Of a DNA stretch of 64,000 nt, positions 12,639-25,186 are shown in pieces. The notes under the pieces were generated by a model that saw only the letters and a list, made by a program, of their open reading frames with translations, was not told the DNA's origin and ran no database searches. The stretch covers positions 4,588,001 through 4,652,000 of the forward strand of contig CP075496.1 of NCBI GenBank assembly GCA_021613535.1. Reading direction: 5' to 3'. Every line of letters begins with the position of its first letter. The first letter of the stretch is position 1. The position numbers and the translations under genes were made by a program. Source of the DNA: Adineta vaga. Taxonomy: Eukaryota > Animalia > Rotifera.

Positions 12639-15000
12639 CTAATGTCGACGTTTTAAAGTCGATTGAGTGAGATGTGTTAATAAATTTAAAAATATATTCG
12701 TTTCATTGAATGATTGTGGAAAACTACTAAGTATTCGACATGCTTCATTAGCGTACTGTTCAGCAAGATGATACGTTCGAGCTTTTCCATCACTCTAAAT
12801 ATTCAATTCGTCGAAGAGAAAAATGATTTAAAAAAGACAAATTTCTACAACTTACTTGATCAATTAATTCTATTGCTCGTTCGATATCACCAGATTCAGA
12901 AAAACGTCTTAATATAAGATTTTGTAATTCTGGAAACTAAAACATGAATAATCGACCATTAATATGAGTTATCAAAGACATCTTTGTTTGTCTATTCTAA
13001 CCTGTTGGCTAGCGAAAAGTACTGGTGCAGTTGATAAACCTAATTTTAAATCTGCTGTAGCAGGTTTTCCTAGGTCAGCATCTGTTGATGTTACGTCCAA
13101 GAGATCATCAATTAATTGAAAAGCCATACCAAAGTTTTTACCAAACTCATAAGCAAGATCTGCGCATTGATTCGTATCAATATTGGGAATATTTCCCAGC
13201 AATGCTACCTAAATAAAGTTTTCATTTGTCGGTACAATTGTTGAAAATCATTCATTGACGTACAGCTTTACATGTATTGGCAAATAGACTGGCAGTTTTA
13301 CAAAATGTTTTATTTAAATAATCTTGAAATTGTTCGGCATCACTTTCTTTGGTTGATAATTGCATAAATTCACCTGAATTAGAAATCAATTATTGAAAAT
13401 GTAAAGAGAAAACCACGTTGTAGAATAAAATACCTCGAACAAGATCTTGAATAACACGAGAGAGAAGTAATATAACATCACTATTTCCAATGCGCGCAAG
13501 CATAACCGATGAGATACCAAGAATATAATCACCTGCTAATACAGCCTGGCAAAAAAAGCATAATTGATCAGTTCATCAAATGAATCTTTCCTGTATAATC
13601 CAACTTACTTTCTTTGGTCCCCATCTGATAGCTGCTGCTGGTTTTCCTCGTCGTCGATCACTTGAATCGACTACATCATCATGAATTAGACTGGCTGTAT
13701 GAATCATTTCGCCAAGAGTTGCTATACACCGTTGATTTTCATGCAAGAAACTAAATACAAAGAATAAGGATTATTCTACGAACGAATCTTTTCTTTTCAT
13801 ATTCAATTACTTGTCTTGTTGTTGATTAAAACTTCTTGCCATAGTACATATAATCATCGGTCGAATAAGTTTGCCTTTCCCATCGAAATGATATTTAGCT
13901 AAATCGTTCAATTCTTCTTCAAAGCATCCCAAATGCTAAAAACAAAAAGCGGAAAAATTACTGACAATTACTGCACATATGACATTCAATATGTAAATAA
14001 ATAAATATATGACATTAATAAAATGAAAAGGGTAAACATCTACAGATATAAAATGACGAGATTTAAAATTGCATCCAATTTGATTCGGAACAACTAGTCG
14101 GATTTGTTGGTGCTGCTGGAGGAAGTTTTGGAATAGTTGTACCTGGTGGTGGTGGCAGAATACCACCTGGTGTAAGACTTTCTTTAGAAGTTTTAACGGA
14201 TTTTTTTGTATATTCGTCTCCTATAAAACTACTCTTGAGATTGATTTTTATCGTTTGTCCTTGTTTAAAACTTAGATCAAGTTTTGGTTGTTGTTCAGAA
14301 GAAGAATCTTCATTTGTTGATTTCTTTTCTTCTTCGTCTTTGATTTGTTTCGTTTGTTTTAAATATTTGAAATGATCTTGTAAAGCAACATTGAAATCAA
14401 ATGAATCAGATCGATCACTAAATCCAATTCCTAAGAATGCTTGTTGACCATTTTCATTTTGTACACGTATAACAAAATAACGTGTGGAATCTTCAACATT
14501 TTCTACTGCAATCGATGGATAACTTTCAATTGGACATGTAGCAAAATGTGCGCCTGTATTTCGATCTTCTAACCGAATTAAACATTTGTCACCTTTTGAA
14601 ACAATTTTCAAGCGACATATGAAATTCGGTGAATCTAATTTCCAATCAGCGGCACGATGTTTACGTGTGGTCGATTGACGTGGTGGAATGACGTAAACAT
14701 TCACTTCTGGTTTGACAAGACCTATAGATTCGTAGTTTTCATCATTCGTTAAAGATGATGAAGCCATTTTAACGCGAAAATCTGAAAGAATAAAGAAAAA
14801 AATGATCAATTAGTTCTTTTACTTACTTGTAAAATATCACGATGGATCAACTGCAGATCTTCTTTGATTATATTGATTGTTGGCTGATACTGTTCATTTT
14901 GTTTTTGAAGATTTATGGCACCAACGGATAAATACCGAGAAGAATATGAAAGTTTTGTTCGTGATAGAATTCGATTTGAAAGACAACGAAATGTAAACAT
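12639..15000 (-). CDS. PDSS1: Decaprenyl-diphosphate synthase subunit 1 (trans-prenyltransferase, CoQ side chain), multi-exon; first coding intron (about 13937-14826) contains NECAP
   Basis: Exon 1 (15000-14827) encodes an Arg/Ser-rich mitochondrial-type presequence ending ILQ|gtaagt (phase 0). It joins tag|[26 protein letters not shown]. Motifs: [57 protein letters not shown]. Stop at 12639. Confidence 0.92.
14063..14767 (-). CDS. NECAP: Adaptin ear-binding coat-associated protein (NECAP), intronless CDS nested in the PDSS1 intron
   Basis: [30 protein letters not shown]...RAADWKLD...GAHFATCP...[15 protein letters not shown]...[25 protein letters not shown]...[15 protein letters not shown]..., ending in the AP-2-binding motif NWMQF*. 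Confidence 0.95.
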   Translation of the reverse strand: MASSSLTNDENYESIGLVKPEVNVYVIPPRQSTTRKHRAADWKLDSPNFICRLKIVSKGDKCLIRLEDRNTGAHFATCPIESYPSIAVENVEDSTRYFVIRVQNENGQQAFLGIGFSDRSDSFDFNVALQDHFKYLKQTKQIKDEEEKKSTNEDSSSEQQPKLDLSFKQGQTIKINLKSSFIGDEYTKKSVKTSKESLTPGGILPPPPGTTIPKLPPAAPTNPTSCSESNWMQF

Positions 15001-15607
15001 TAATGTTTAATATCTAGAAAAAATTGATGCCGATACGATTTGTACAATACATATCTGTTTGGCTTGGCAAATGGCAACAATAAATCTTTATTATCAATAG
15101 TGATAGTTATAGTATCGTAATCATTCATTCGTGTGTGTGGTTTGATTTTGTTTTCATCATCTATTCGTACGATGGTAACAGAAGGAAACCAATAAGGTTT
15201 TTATCGAAGGCCACCGGATTTGCCAATAGATGGCGCCTTATATCATCGGAGAAAAGGTGCTTATTTATTTGGGAACATCAGAATTAAAGAATACAGAATT
15301 TTACCATGAGATAATTTTATAATCTCGAACCGATTTCTGAATACAAAGTGCGCTTGATCGAAACTTGATAAAGTTTTCGTATATCTATTGACTTTCCGCT
15401 TGATCGATTAGGAGTGTCGTCTTTTTTCCTTTTTGCATATATTTTACATTTACCGAAGCCTGACTTTGATATACTACGACAAAAAAAAATCAATCGTTTT
15501 CTTTTCTTCGTTATACTCTCTGACGAAGGCCATTCAGTGAGTAATCAAACAAGCGTTCGACAACAACAATCAACTAAGTTTCTTTTTGCATTAGTTCTAT
15601 CGATAAT
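15001..15607. promoter_or_regulatory. Probable bidirectional promoter / 5' UTR region between PDSS1-NECAP and the myosin
   Basis: Head-to-head ATGs 608 bp apart, with a locally more GC-rich patch near 15205-15240. Inferred from gene orientation only. Confidence 0.45.
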
Positions 15608-18600
15608 ATGGCAACAGTAAGTTGAACAATAATCAGTTACGTAAAGATTTTCTAAAACTATTTCGCATAGACTGCGTATATTTGGCTACCACCCGATAAG
15701 CAGGGTGAATTTGATGTAGAGATTGGTGCTCGTGTACTCGATGTTAATCAAACTCAATTGAAAGTGGTTGATGATAATGGCAAGGTTTGAAAATTTGAAA
15801 AATTTAGCATTCTTTCGTTTTAATCATCATTTAATTGTACAGGAGCGAACTATTGCCAATAATCCGGCGAATTTCAAAAAGATGCATGCTACTTCCTTTA
15901 CTGATATTCCGGATATGATTCATCTAGGTGATCTAACAGAAGGAGCGATATGTCGTAATATTTTATTACGTTATAATAAAGATAAAATTTATGTAAGTAA
16001 ATTTCATCAATTTTCTCTTAATGAAAGATGCGCGATGATTTGTTTTTCTTCACTTTAGACTTATATCGGATCAATTTTAATCGCTATAAATCCATATACA
16101 CAATTGGATTTATACAATCAACAATATTTACGTGCATATCGAAATCGAAAATTTGGTGAATTAGAACCACATACATTTGCTATTGGTGATAATGCCTATC
16201 AAAATATGTTACGTGAACGAACAGATCAAAATTCTAAATACAATCAATGTGTTATTATTAGGTTAGACATTATTCCGGAAATTTTTTTTAAAATTTCAAA
16301 ATACAATTATTCTTTTTCTAGTGGAGAATCAGGTGCTGGAAAAACAGAATCAACAAAACATATTCTTCAATGTTTAGCTGCCATAAGTGGAACAAAAAAG
16401 AATTCGAGTATTGAACAACAAATACTCGAAGCCAATCCTATTATGGAAGGTGAAATTTAGAGAGAGAGAGAGAGAAAAATCAATCTTATTTTTCTTTATG
16501 AATGATATCTTTTTATAGCTTTTGGAAATGCTAAAACTATTCGAAATGATAATAGTAGTCGATTCGGAAAATATATAACTGTTAATTTTGATAGTAATGG
16601 TGCTATTGCTAATGCTTATGTTGATCAATATTTACTTGAAAAAATTCGTATTGTTTCACAAGTAAAGATTTCTTTCTGAGAAGATAATTTATATTTGATT
16701 ACTTCGCATTTTTCTTAGGCAAAAGAAGAACGAAATTATCATATATTTTATTGTATATTAGCTGGTTTAGGCAATGAAGAACGAAATAAATTAAAATTAA
16801 CAAAACCAGCTGATTATGTGTATTTAAATAAGGTAGAAAGATTCGAGTTTAATTTCGATTCAAACAATGATTTTGTTTTTTAGAGCACACCGAAATGTGA
16901 TACACGTAATGATGCGGAAGAATGGAAAGCTATTCGACATGCTTGCAAAGTTTTAATGTTTACTGATGATGAACTCTTTGAGATTTTACGTATCTTAGCA
17001 ATCGTTTTACATCTTGGAAATATTCAATATGTTGGTAAATATCTCATACAATCATAGGAAAACTTAAAAGAGAACATATTCAATTTGTTCTTTCGTATCT
17101 TTCTACGAATGAGTAAAGCATAGCAATATTATTCAATCTTTAAACTTTCTTTTAACGATACTATAGAAAAGTTTCCAATGATGATGAAATTGTATAAACA
17201 TACTTTTATAATCTTTTAGCACAAAGCGCAAAAGGAACGGATAGTGTAACAATCAAAGATCCCAAATTAGTGGAATTTATTGCTTCATTATTAGAAGTAA
17301 GAAATCATTGATTCTTTCGCATATATATATCAAATCTTTTTCTTCTTCTTAAGGTTGATCCCAAACGATTGTCTACTTCATTAGTAACAAGAACACTTGA
17401 AGTTCAAGAAAGCAAAGTAGCCAGATCTTTGAATACAGCTTCTGCTGCTGATGTTCGGTAAGATATCAAAATAGAAAAATGTATTTTCTCATAAAATTTT
17501 TGACTCATTAGAGATGCATTTGTCAAAGGATTATATGGTCAAATGTTTGAATGGTTAATTGAACGAATTAATACAGCAATGAATAATAAAAATAATGCAA
17601 ATCGTCAGAATCCTGCCGATGACAAATTGCGTTCAGTTGGTGTTCTTGATATATTTGGTTTTGAAAAATTTGAACAGAATAGGTTTGTTTATTTCTGTTC
17701 AATGAAATAATTACTGATGAATATTTAGTTTTGAACAATTATGTATCAATTATACGAATGAAGAATTACAACAATTTTTTGTTCATCATGTATTTAAACT
17801 TGAACAAGTAAAAACGCTTTTTTTCTTAATAAAAACATCTAATTGGAAATTTCTTAAGGCGGAATATGAAAAAGAAGGTGTTAATTGGAAGAAAATCACA
17901 TTTATTGATAATCAAGAAATAATTGAATTATTAGCACGTGGCCGAATGAGTATTATATCCATGATTGATGAAGAAATGATTGTACCACAAGGTTCGGATC
18001 AAACTTTATGTGCTAAACTTCAACAACAACATGGAAAAAATAAACATTTCATCACTCAATCATCTCGACAAGTACAAAAATCACTTCTATTTGGTGTTAA
18101 ACATTTTGCTGGACCTGTTTCCTATGATTGTCTAAGTAAGTTATTAATTTGGAAATCAATATGGGAAATTTAACTAATTATTCATAGATTTTCTGGAAAA
18201 AAATCGTGATACGTTTAGTAATGATTTGAAACATGTCTTAGCAAAGAGTAACAATCGTTTAATAAAAACAATCTTCCCACTTGAAGCTTTAAATTTGGTA
18301 AGTAAATATTCTTTTTACACAAAATCTATTATCAAACAAATGTTCTTCTTAGGATGATAAAAAACGTAAACCATCCTTAGCAGCACAATTTCGTAAATCT
18401 CTCGAAGTACTACTCAATGCTCTTCGTCAATGTGAACCATTCTTTATTCGTTGTATCAAACCTAATGAATTCAAAGCTATTCATGTATGTAGGAAAATAT
18501 TTGTTAATTCATCTTCTGTGCAAGAAAAAACTTTTTAATAGAGTTTTGATCGAGAACGTGTTGTTCAACAACTTCGATATTCTGGTATGATGGAAACAAT

Positions 18601-21600
18601 TAATATTCGTCGGATTGGTTATCCAATACGTCATGATTTCAATGAATTTGTTCATCGTTATGCTTCAATAGCACCATCCTTAGAACGTATGCATAAAAAG
18701 GCGGAAGCACGTGGTGATCGTAGTGATCAACGGGCAATTGCAACAAAAATTTGTGAAGTAGCACTAGTTGGACAAGATTATCAAATCGGAAAGAATAAAG
18801 TATTTTTGAAAGATGAACATGATGCAATGTTAGAACAAGCAAGACAAAAAGTACTTGCTGATCGTATTTTAGCATTACAGAAAGCAGTACGTCGTTATTA
18901 TGCCCAACGACAATTTGAACGAGCAAAAAAATTAGCAAAATGGCTACAACAATCATGGTTATGTTATGCTGAACGACGTGCTTATTGTGAAGTAACATAT
19001 TTTTTCGATTAAATTTCATTTTTCACGTTGATTTTGTTTTCTCGTATATAGATGCGTCTTGGTTTTCGACGTTTACAAGCATTATATGAAGTACAACATA
19101 TTGGTGAAAAACAAAAACTGTATTTTGAAACATTACCTCGTATTCAGGTATGAGATGATCAATAGAATGAAAAGATAGTTCTATAATGGCTGATCTATTT
19201 TAGATGCTAGGAAAAGGTTATATAGCAAGAAGAAACGTAAAATTTCGTCCAAAAGCATTCAGTATTCTTCAAGAAAAAGTTTTGCAATATGTTGCATGGC
19301 GTGATGTTCGACGTGAACAAGTTAAGGTAGATTTGTATCATTTATTAGTGTTTATTTTGTGGAAGATTTTCTTTGATTTATTAAGGCAATGAAATTAGAT
19401 GAACTTGATGCCTTCAGAAATGAAGAAGAACGATTATTAACACCAGAATTAGGACCCGAAAAAGCTCGTGAAGCTGCTCAAGCTGCATATGACGCACGTT
19501 TAGCTAATTTAGAAGACGAAATACGTGAACAGTTACGTGTTGATATTGCGAATGCTCGTGATAAACGAGCAGGAATTTCAAGACGTTATGGACGTGATAA
19601 TGACGAGGGCGAAGATGGTGTACCAGAGGTTTGCTTCTATTTCTAATTCATACGTTGATATTTGAAAATTCTTTCATATCTTTTAGTCACGACGCACAGG
19701 AGTAAAAGAAGCAGATCCATTTAAAAGTGACGTTTCAAGAAATTCGTTTGATAAATTTGCTGCAAAATATTTTCAACATGGTTATGATGCTAAACATACA
19801 GGTGCGGAAATTATTCGACCACTTCTTGATCTCAAATCAGGTGTTGATCAAAAAGTAAATCTTAGCTTTGAACTCGTCCGATTCATCTATTACCATTTGT
19901 CTATAGGCAGCCATTGCCATATTTCAAATGATTATGAAATTTATGGGTGACAAAGATGATAATATACCAATACCCGCAAAAAGTGCAAAAAATGATAAAG
20001 AAGCTCAGCGTTTAGAATCTCAATATGATATTCTTGTGCCTGAACTTTATCCATTAATAGCTCAACAACATCAAATGAAACTCGAAGAAGAAGAAGATCC
20101 ATATGAAAGGGTATGATTTTTCGCGATAAACTATTCATTCATGACCATAGTTATTAATAGAAAAGATCAAAAGGTATTCGTGCAAAAACAGTGGCTCGTA
20201 TTCGTGCATTTAGCAAGAAATCTGTTTATCTTGAAGAACGATTAAAAAATGAAAATCCATTTCTTGAAGATCGATATTTAACATCATTAGAAAAAGTACA
20301 AATGATTACAATGTTGGGTATTATTCGTCGTCGACTGAGGTATAAATTTTCCTGATGATTTGTTCTCGATAAATCTAACTAAGAGTTATTTGTTTTTAGA
20401 GATGAAATTCTTTGTCAGATTTGTAAACAATTAAATGATCATCCAGCGTTACGAGAAAAGAAAAGTCGTGATCAAGAGAAAATGGAAAAACGTGAAAAAT
20501 CACTTATGCGAGGATGGTTTCTTCTGTGCATATGTTTATATACATTTCCACCAGGTTCAAATGTTAGCTCTTTTGAGAAAAACTATTTTGAATTTTCTAT
20601 GACACATTTTTTTCAATATTTAGTTAGTTCGATTTCTTCGAAATTTTGTACAAAATGGTCCATCAAACGTATCGGAATTTGCTGAATTTGCTTTACGAAG
20701 AACATATCGTAATGGTAGTCGATATGAACCATTAAGTATGGTAGAGATCAATGCAGTTCAACAAGCATTGCCCATGGAGATCACTGCACGAATAATACAT
20801 GGTGAAGAACAGCGAACAGTTTCCTGTGATCCAGCAACAATCGCGGAAGAAGCTTGCTTAGAACTGGCTAGACAATTAAATATTACGTCAACATTTGGAT
20901 GGTCATTATTTGCAGAATGTAAATCAGAAGTATGTAATATGTTCTTTTTTTTACTTCTAGAAGAATTGATTTCATTTATATACTTGAAGGGTTATTCTCT
21001 TGGGTTTAATAATGATCACATATATGATATATCGTCTCGATTGGAAATGGGACAATTACATAAAGGAGAAGATCCTCGAACTCTAGATATCAGTTATATA
21101 TTTTGTAAACAATTATTTGCTCCATGGGAAAATCTTGATGAAGATCCGATTGCTGTAGATTATATCTATGATCAAATTATCAATGGTAATAGAAAATGAT
21201 CAATCTTTATCTTTTAAAAGAAAATGACTTCTATTTTTTTCCTTTGTGAACTAGGTATTCGTTCGAATATTTATGTCTATGAACCTGATGCTGATCCAGC
21301 AGAATTTATATTGCTTGCTGTTCAACATTATTTTATAACTAATGGAAAAGATGTTGAACCGGAGAAAATGAAAATAGTCATTCAAGAATTGATGCCTGCA
21401 CCACAAACAAACCTACCAAATAGCGACGGAAAAACGAATAACAAGCGAATTAAACCTTTTATGACCGAAAAAGAAATTGATATTGCCGTTCAAAGTGCGA
21501 TTCAAAAAGATGCTGATGTAAGTGAAAATAGATTGATCTCCTTCATATAACATGGTCATTCTATTTTGATAGTTCAAACGTGTTATCAAACGTCTTAAAC

Positions 21601-24376
21601 AAAAACATAAAGGTCGTGATCAAGTTAAACGTGAAATAAAGAAAGATGTAATTGTCTATGCACAAGGACGATGGCCAGTTACATTTTCACGTGTATTTGA
21701 AATTCATATGCTTTCTGGTCCATTAATTGATGAAGTTCATATTGCAAGTATTTCCATTGGACGAGATAAAATTCGTCTTTATATGGATGATACATTAATC
21801 TTACTGGGTGAAATCAATTATTCAGAAATAACTGATATTATTTGTGATCAGTAAATAGAAAAACATATCAATCAATTCAAAGATTTTTTCTATGTATTTC
21901 TTTTGTGTATTTAGCGATCCTGTTTTAAATTATTATCATTATACTTTACAAACAGTCTATGGTGATTTTACTTTTACATTACCAAGTAAATACTCATCAA
22001 TATTTTTGTGATCTAATACATAATTTGATTTATATAGTGGGTGCAGATCTTGGAATTTTAATCAATCTTATTCATAAAAATTTGAAAGATCGTTCGAAAC
22101 TAGCTATTGCTCAAAAAGATTATAAACCAACAAGTAAAAGTTTATTCACAAATCTTTTGAATTTCTTTTCTTTGTTTTTTACTTTAATTAGAACGTGGTG
22201 CTGGTAAATTAGAACTACTTCGTGGTGATATTGTCGTTCTTGATGATGAAAGTAAGAAAAATATGGAATCCGGTACTATGACTGGTATCAACGATCGAAC
22301 AAATCGTGAAGGAGAATTTCCAGCGGATGTTGTTTATCTAATTCCATGTACAAGTAAACCCGATACAAAAGTTTTAGTGAGGAAATAATTTCTTAAAAAA
22401 AATGTTTCCATTCAATTCAATTATTATTTGATTTAGCGTGGACTTGTTTTACATGTTATGAAACGTGCAGTAAACTTAAATCAAGAAATGGAACAACAAG
22501 CTCATATTAATCTACATACATTACAAGCTTATGCCGAAAAATATTTTCGTTCGAAGAAAATTACTGCATGGCAATACGAGGCAACTGACATCAAAGGACC
22601 ATTATTACATCGTTTCGATGGACAAACAGAACTTTCACATAAAGCTGTACAAATGTTTCGTGCTATAATGGCATATGCAAAAATGTCTGCACAAGAACGA
22701 AAGAAAATTCAACAAAGTCATTTAGATAGTATATTTGATTATGCATTTGAAAAGAATGTAAATATACGAAAAAGAACTGCAGCAATATGAATAACTAATT
22801 GTTTATTATTTGTTTAGAAAGCATTAAAAGAAGAATTATATTGTCAATTGATTAAACAATTAACATTTTGTCAAGATATGAAAATTGAAACACGTATTTG
22901 GGAATTATTATGGCTTTTAACAGGTGTTCTTACACCGGGAAAAGTTCTTTTTCATCATGTTGCACTTTTTCTTCGGTCAAGTTCAAATCCAACTGCATTG
23001 GAATGTTATAATCGTATTCAAAAGATTCAAAAGTAATTCCCTATAATTTCAATTAACTCTTCACAATGAATCTCTTTTTTATTTTTATTTTTATTTAGAC
23101 AAGGTGAACGTACACGTGGTCCACATATAATTGAATGTAATGCCAATATCAATCGCGTAAAAATTCGACAATACGTTCATTTTCCTAATGAACATGAACA
23201 AGATTTCGTCGTTGAGTCGACAACTAAAGCCAGTGAATTAATAGCAAATATCTGTCGAGAACTGAAATTTCTTCCAAATTCCGCTACAGGACTTTCATTA
23301 TTTTTAGAAACAAGCAAAAAACGTCAGTTGATTTTTTTTCACTCAAATGATTGATTCATTTCTTTCTTGTTATTTATAGAAATTAGTATTCCAAATAATG
23401 CATACTTCTTCGACTTTCTTACACAACTTCGTGGACATGATAAGAGTAAGAAGAATTTGATTGATGATACTTATTGAACCTTGTTTGTTTTGTTTAAGAA
23501 AAACTTGATTATAAAATACATTTTCGTCGAAAACTTTGGATTGATGTTATACCAGGTGAAGATAAACAAGCGGATACAATTATTCATTTCTATCAAGAAA
23601 GAGATAATTATATGTTAGGTTTACATAAATTAGAAGTCGATGAAGCAGCTAATTTAGCTGCTCTATTAGGTAAAGCTGATCGTGGAAAAGGTGCACCTGA
23701 GTAAGTTAAGATTGAACTAATGGAAGTTTGCTTGAATATTTTGTTTCTAGAGCAAATTTAGCAAATTTTGTTCCAGGATATTTAATCAAAGCTGTTTCTC
23801 AATCTGAATGGTCAAAAGTAAATATACAAAATCAATTTTTCAAATATTCTTTTTAACAACATTGTACTTTAGAAAATCTATACTGCATCGGGTAATATTC
23901 GCGATGTAAATGATGATGAAGCTAAAATTCGCTTTTTGAAACATGTGGCTACTTGGTCAACATATGGAACAACGATGTATCCAATTAAAGTAAATTTTAT
24001 GAATGAATTTCATCAATTCTTTTTCTTCTTCTTTGTCTAGAACGAAACAGAAGCTGAATTTCCGGAAGATATTTATATCTGTATCAATCAAAATGGTGTG
24101 AGCATTTTAGATGCTAATACAAAAGTAAGAGTATTCAATCAGTTTTCCTTCGAATGTATCGAAATTGATCTTTTATTTCTCTAGGAATCTGCTGCTACAT
24201 ATCCATACTACAATTTGAATTATAATTCCAATGCAATTTCATTATTTCTTGAAGTTCGTTCAGGACGTTCATCGAAAAAATATACATTCGATACAGAAAT
24301 CGGCGATATTATTGGTGATTTAATTGATGATTATATGAAAATAGCTGATAACGAAGGCAAACAGGATGATTTATAA
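15608..24376 (+). CDS. Unconventional myosin, class VII-like (motor, degenerate IQs, MyTH4-FERM-SH3-MyTH4-FERM), many short introns
   Basis: N-terminus [20 protein letters not shown] resembles myosin VII. Motor motifs: [42 protein letters not shown]. MyTH4 motifs: [12 protein letters not shown]...RGWFLL and [14 protein letters not shown]3-like LELLRGDIV...GEFPADVV. Stop at 24376. Confidence 0.9.
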
Positions 24377-25186
24377 TGACTTCATAATTTTCTTCACTAA
24401 AAAATTTCTATTTTTATCTTTTCTTTTGTAACATGATTAACATTAAATATTAAAAAAGAAAAACTTCCTCTAATCAATTCAATTTAGTAAAGTTTGTTTC
24501 ACATTCTCAAAGGATTACAAAACGAATATCTTTCAAAGATTTTATTCATCAGAATATAGATAAAACATGAATACCAACAAACAGTAATGTATGTTTTTTT
24601 TTAAATAAGAAAACAAGAAGTTGAAAATAAACAACAGACGTTTTGTAATATAAGAAAGAGAAATATCCATCTGTCTATCATGCAAAAACAAGAAATAATA
24701 AACAGAGAATTCTAGTTTGTTTGCTTTTTTTTGTTTAAAATAAAATGTAGTTAAAACGTCAAGTTAAAATCTATATACAAACACCCACTGGTGAAAACGT
24801 TATTCTTTTTTTGTTTTTGTTTTTGTTTTTGAGAAGAAACGAAGCAAGAATGATAGCGTATAAATACATACTCATGCATAGATACGAAAAGAATAAAATG
24901 TCACAAAACCGAACAATAAAAACACAAAAAAAAGACGTTTGGGTTTTTTTTGGATTGAAAATACGGTTGTTAAACAGATAAAGAAACGAAGGAAACAGAA
25001 TGATAAGAAGAAAACAAGCAGCAATAAAATTCGACAAGAGAAATTTGAGTTCAAATATTGAAGAAAATAACTATGATAAGAATGAGATGAACAATCAAAG
25101 AAGTATTAGATCAACTCCTTTCATAGATCGTCGCAATACCAAAAGGAATGCGTACAATATCAAAACGGTTAGTTGAATAATAGTTG

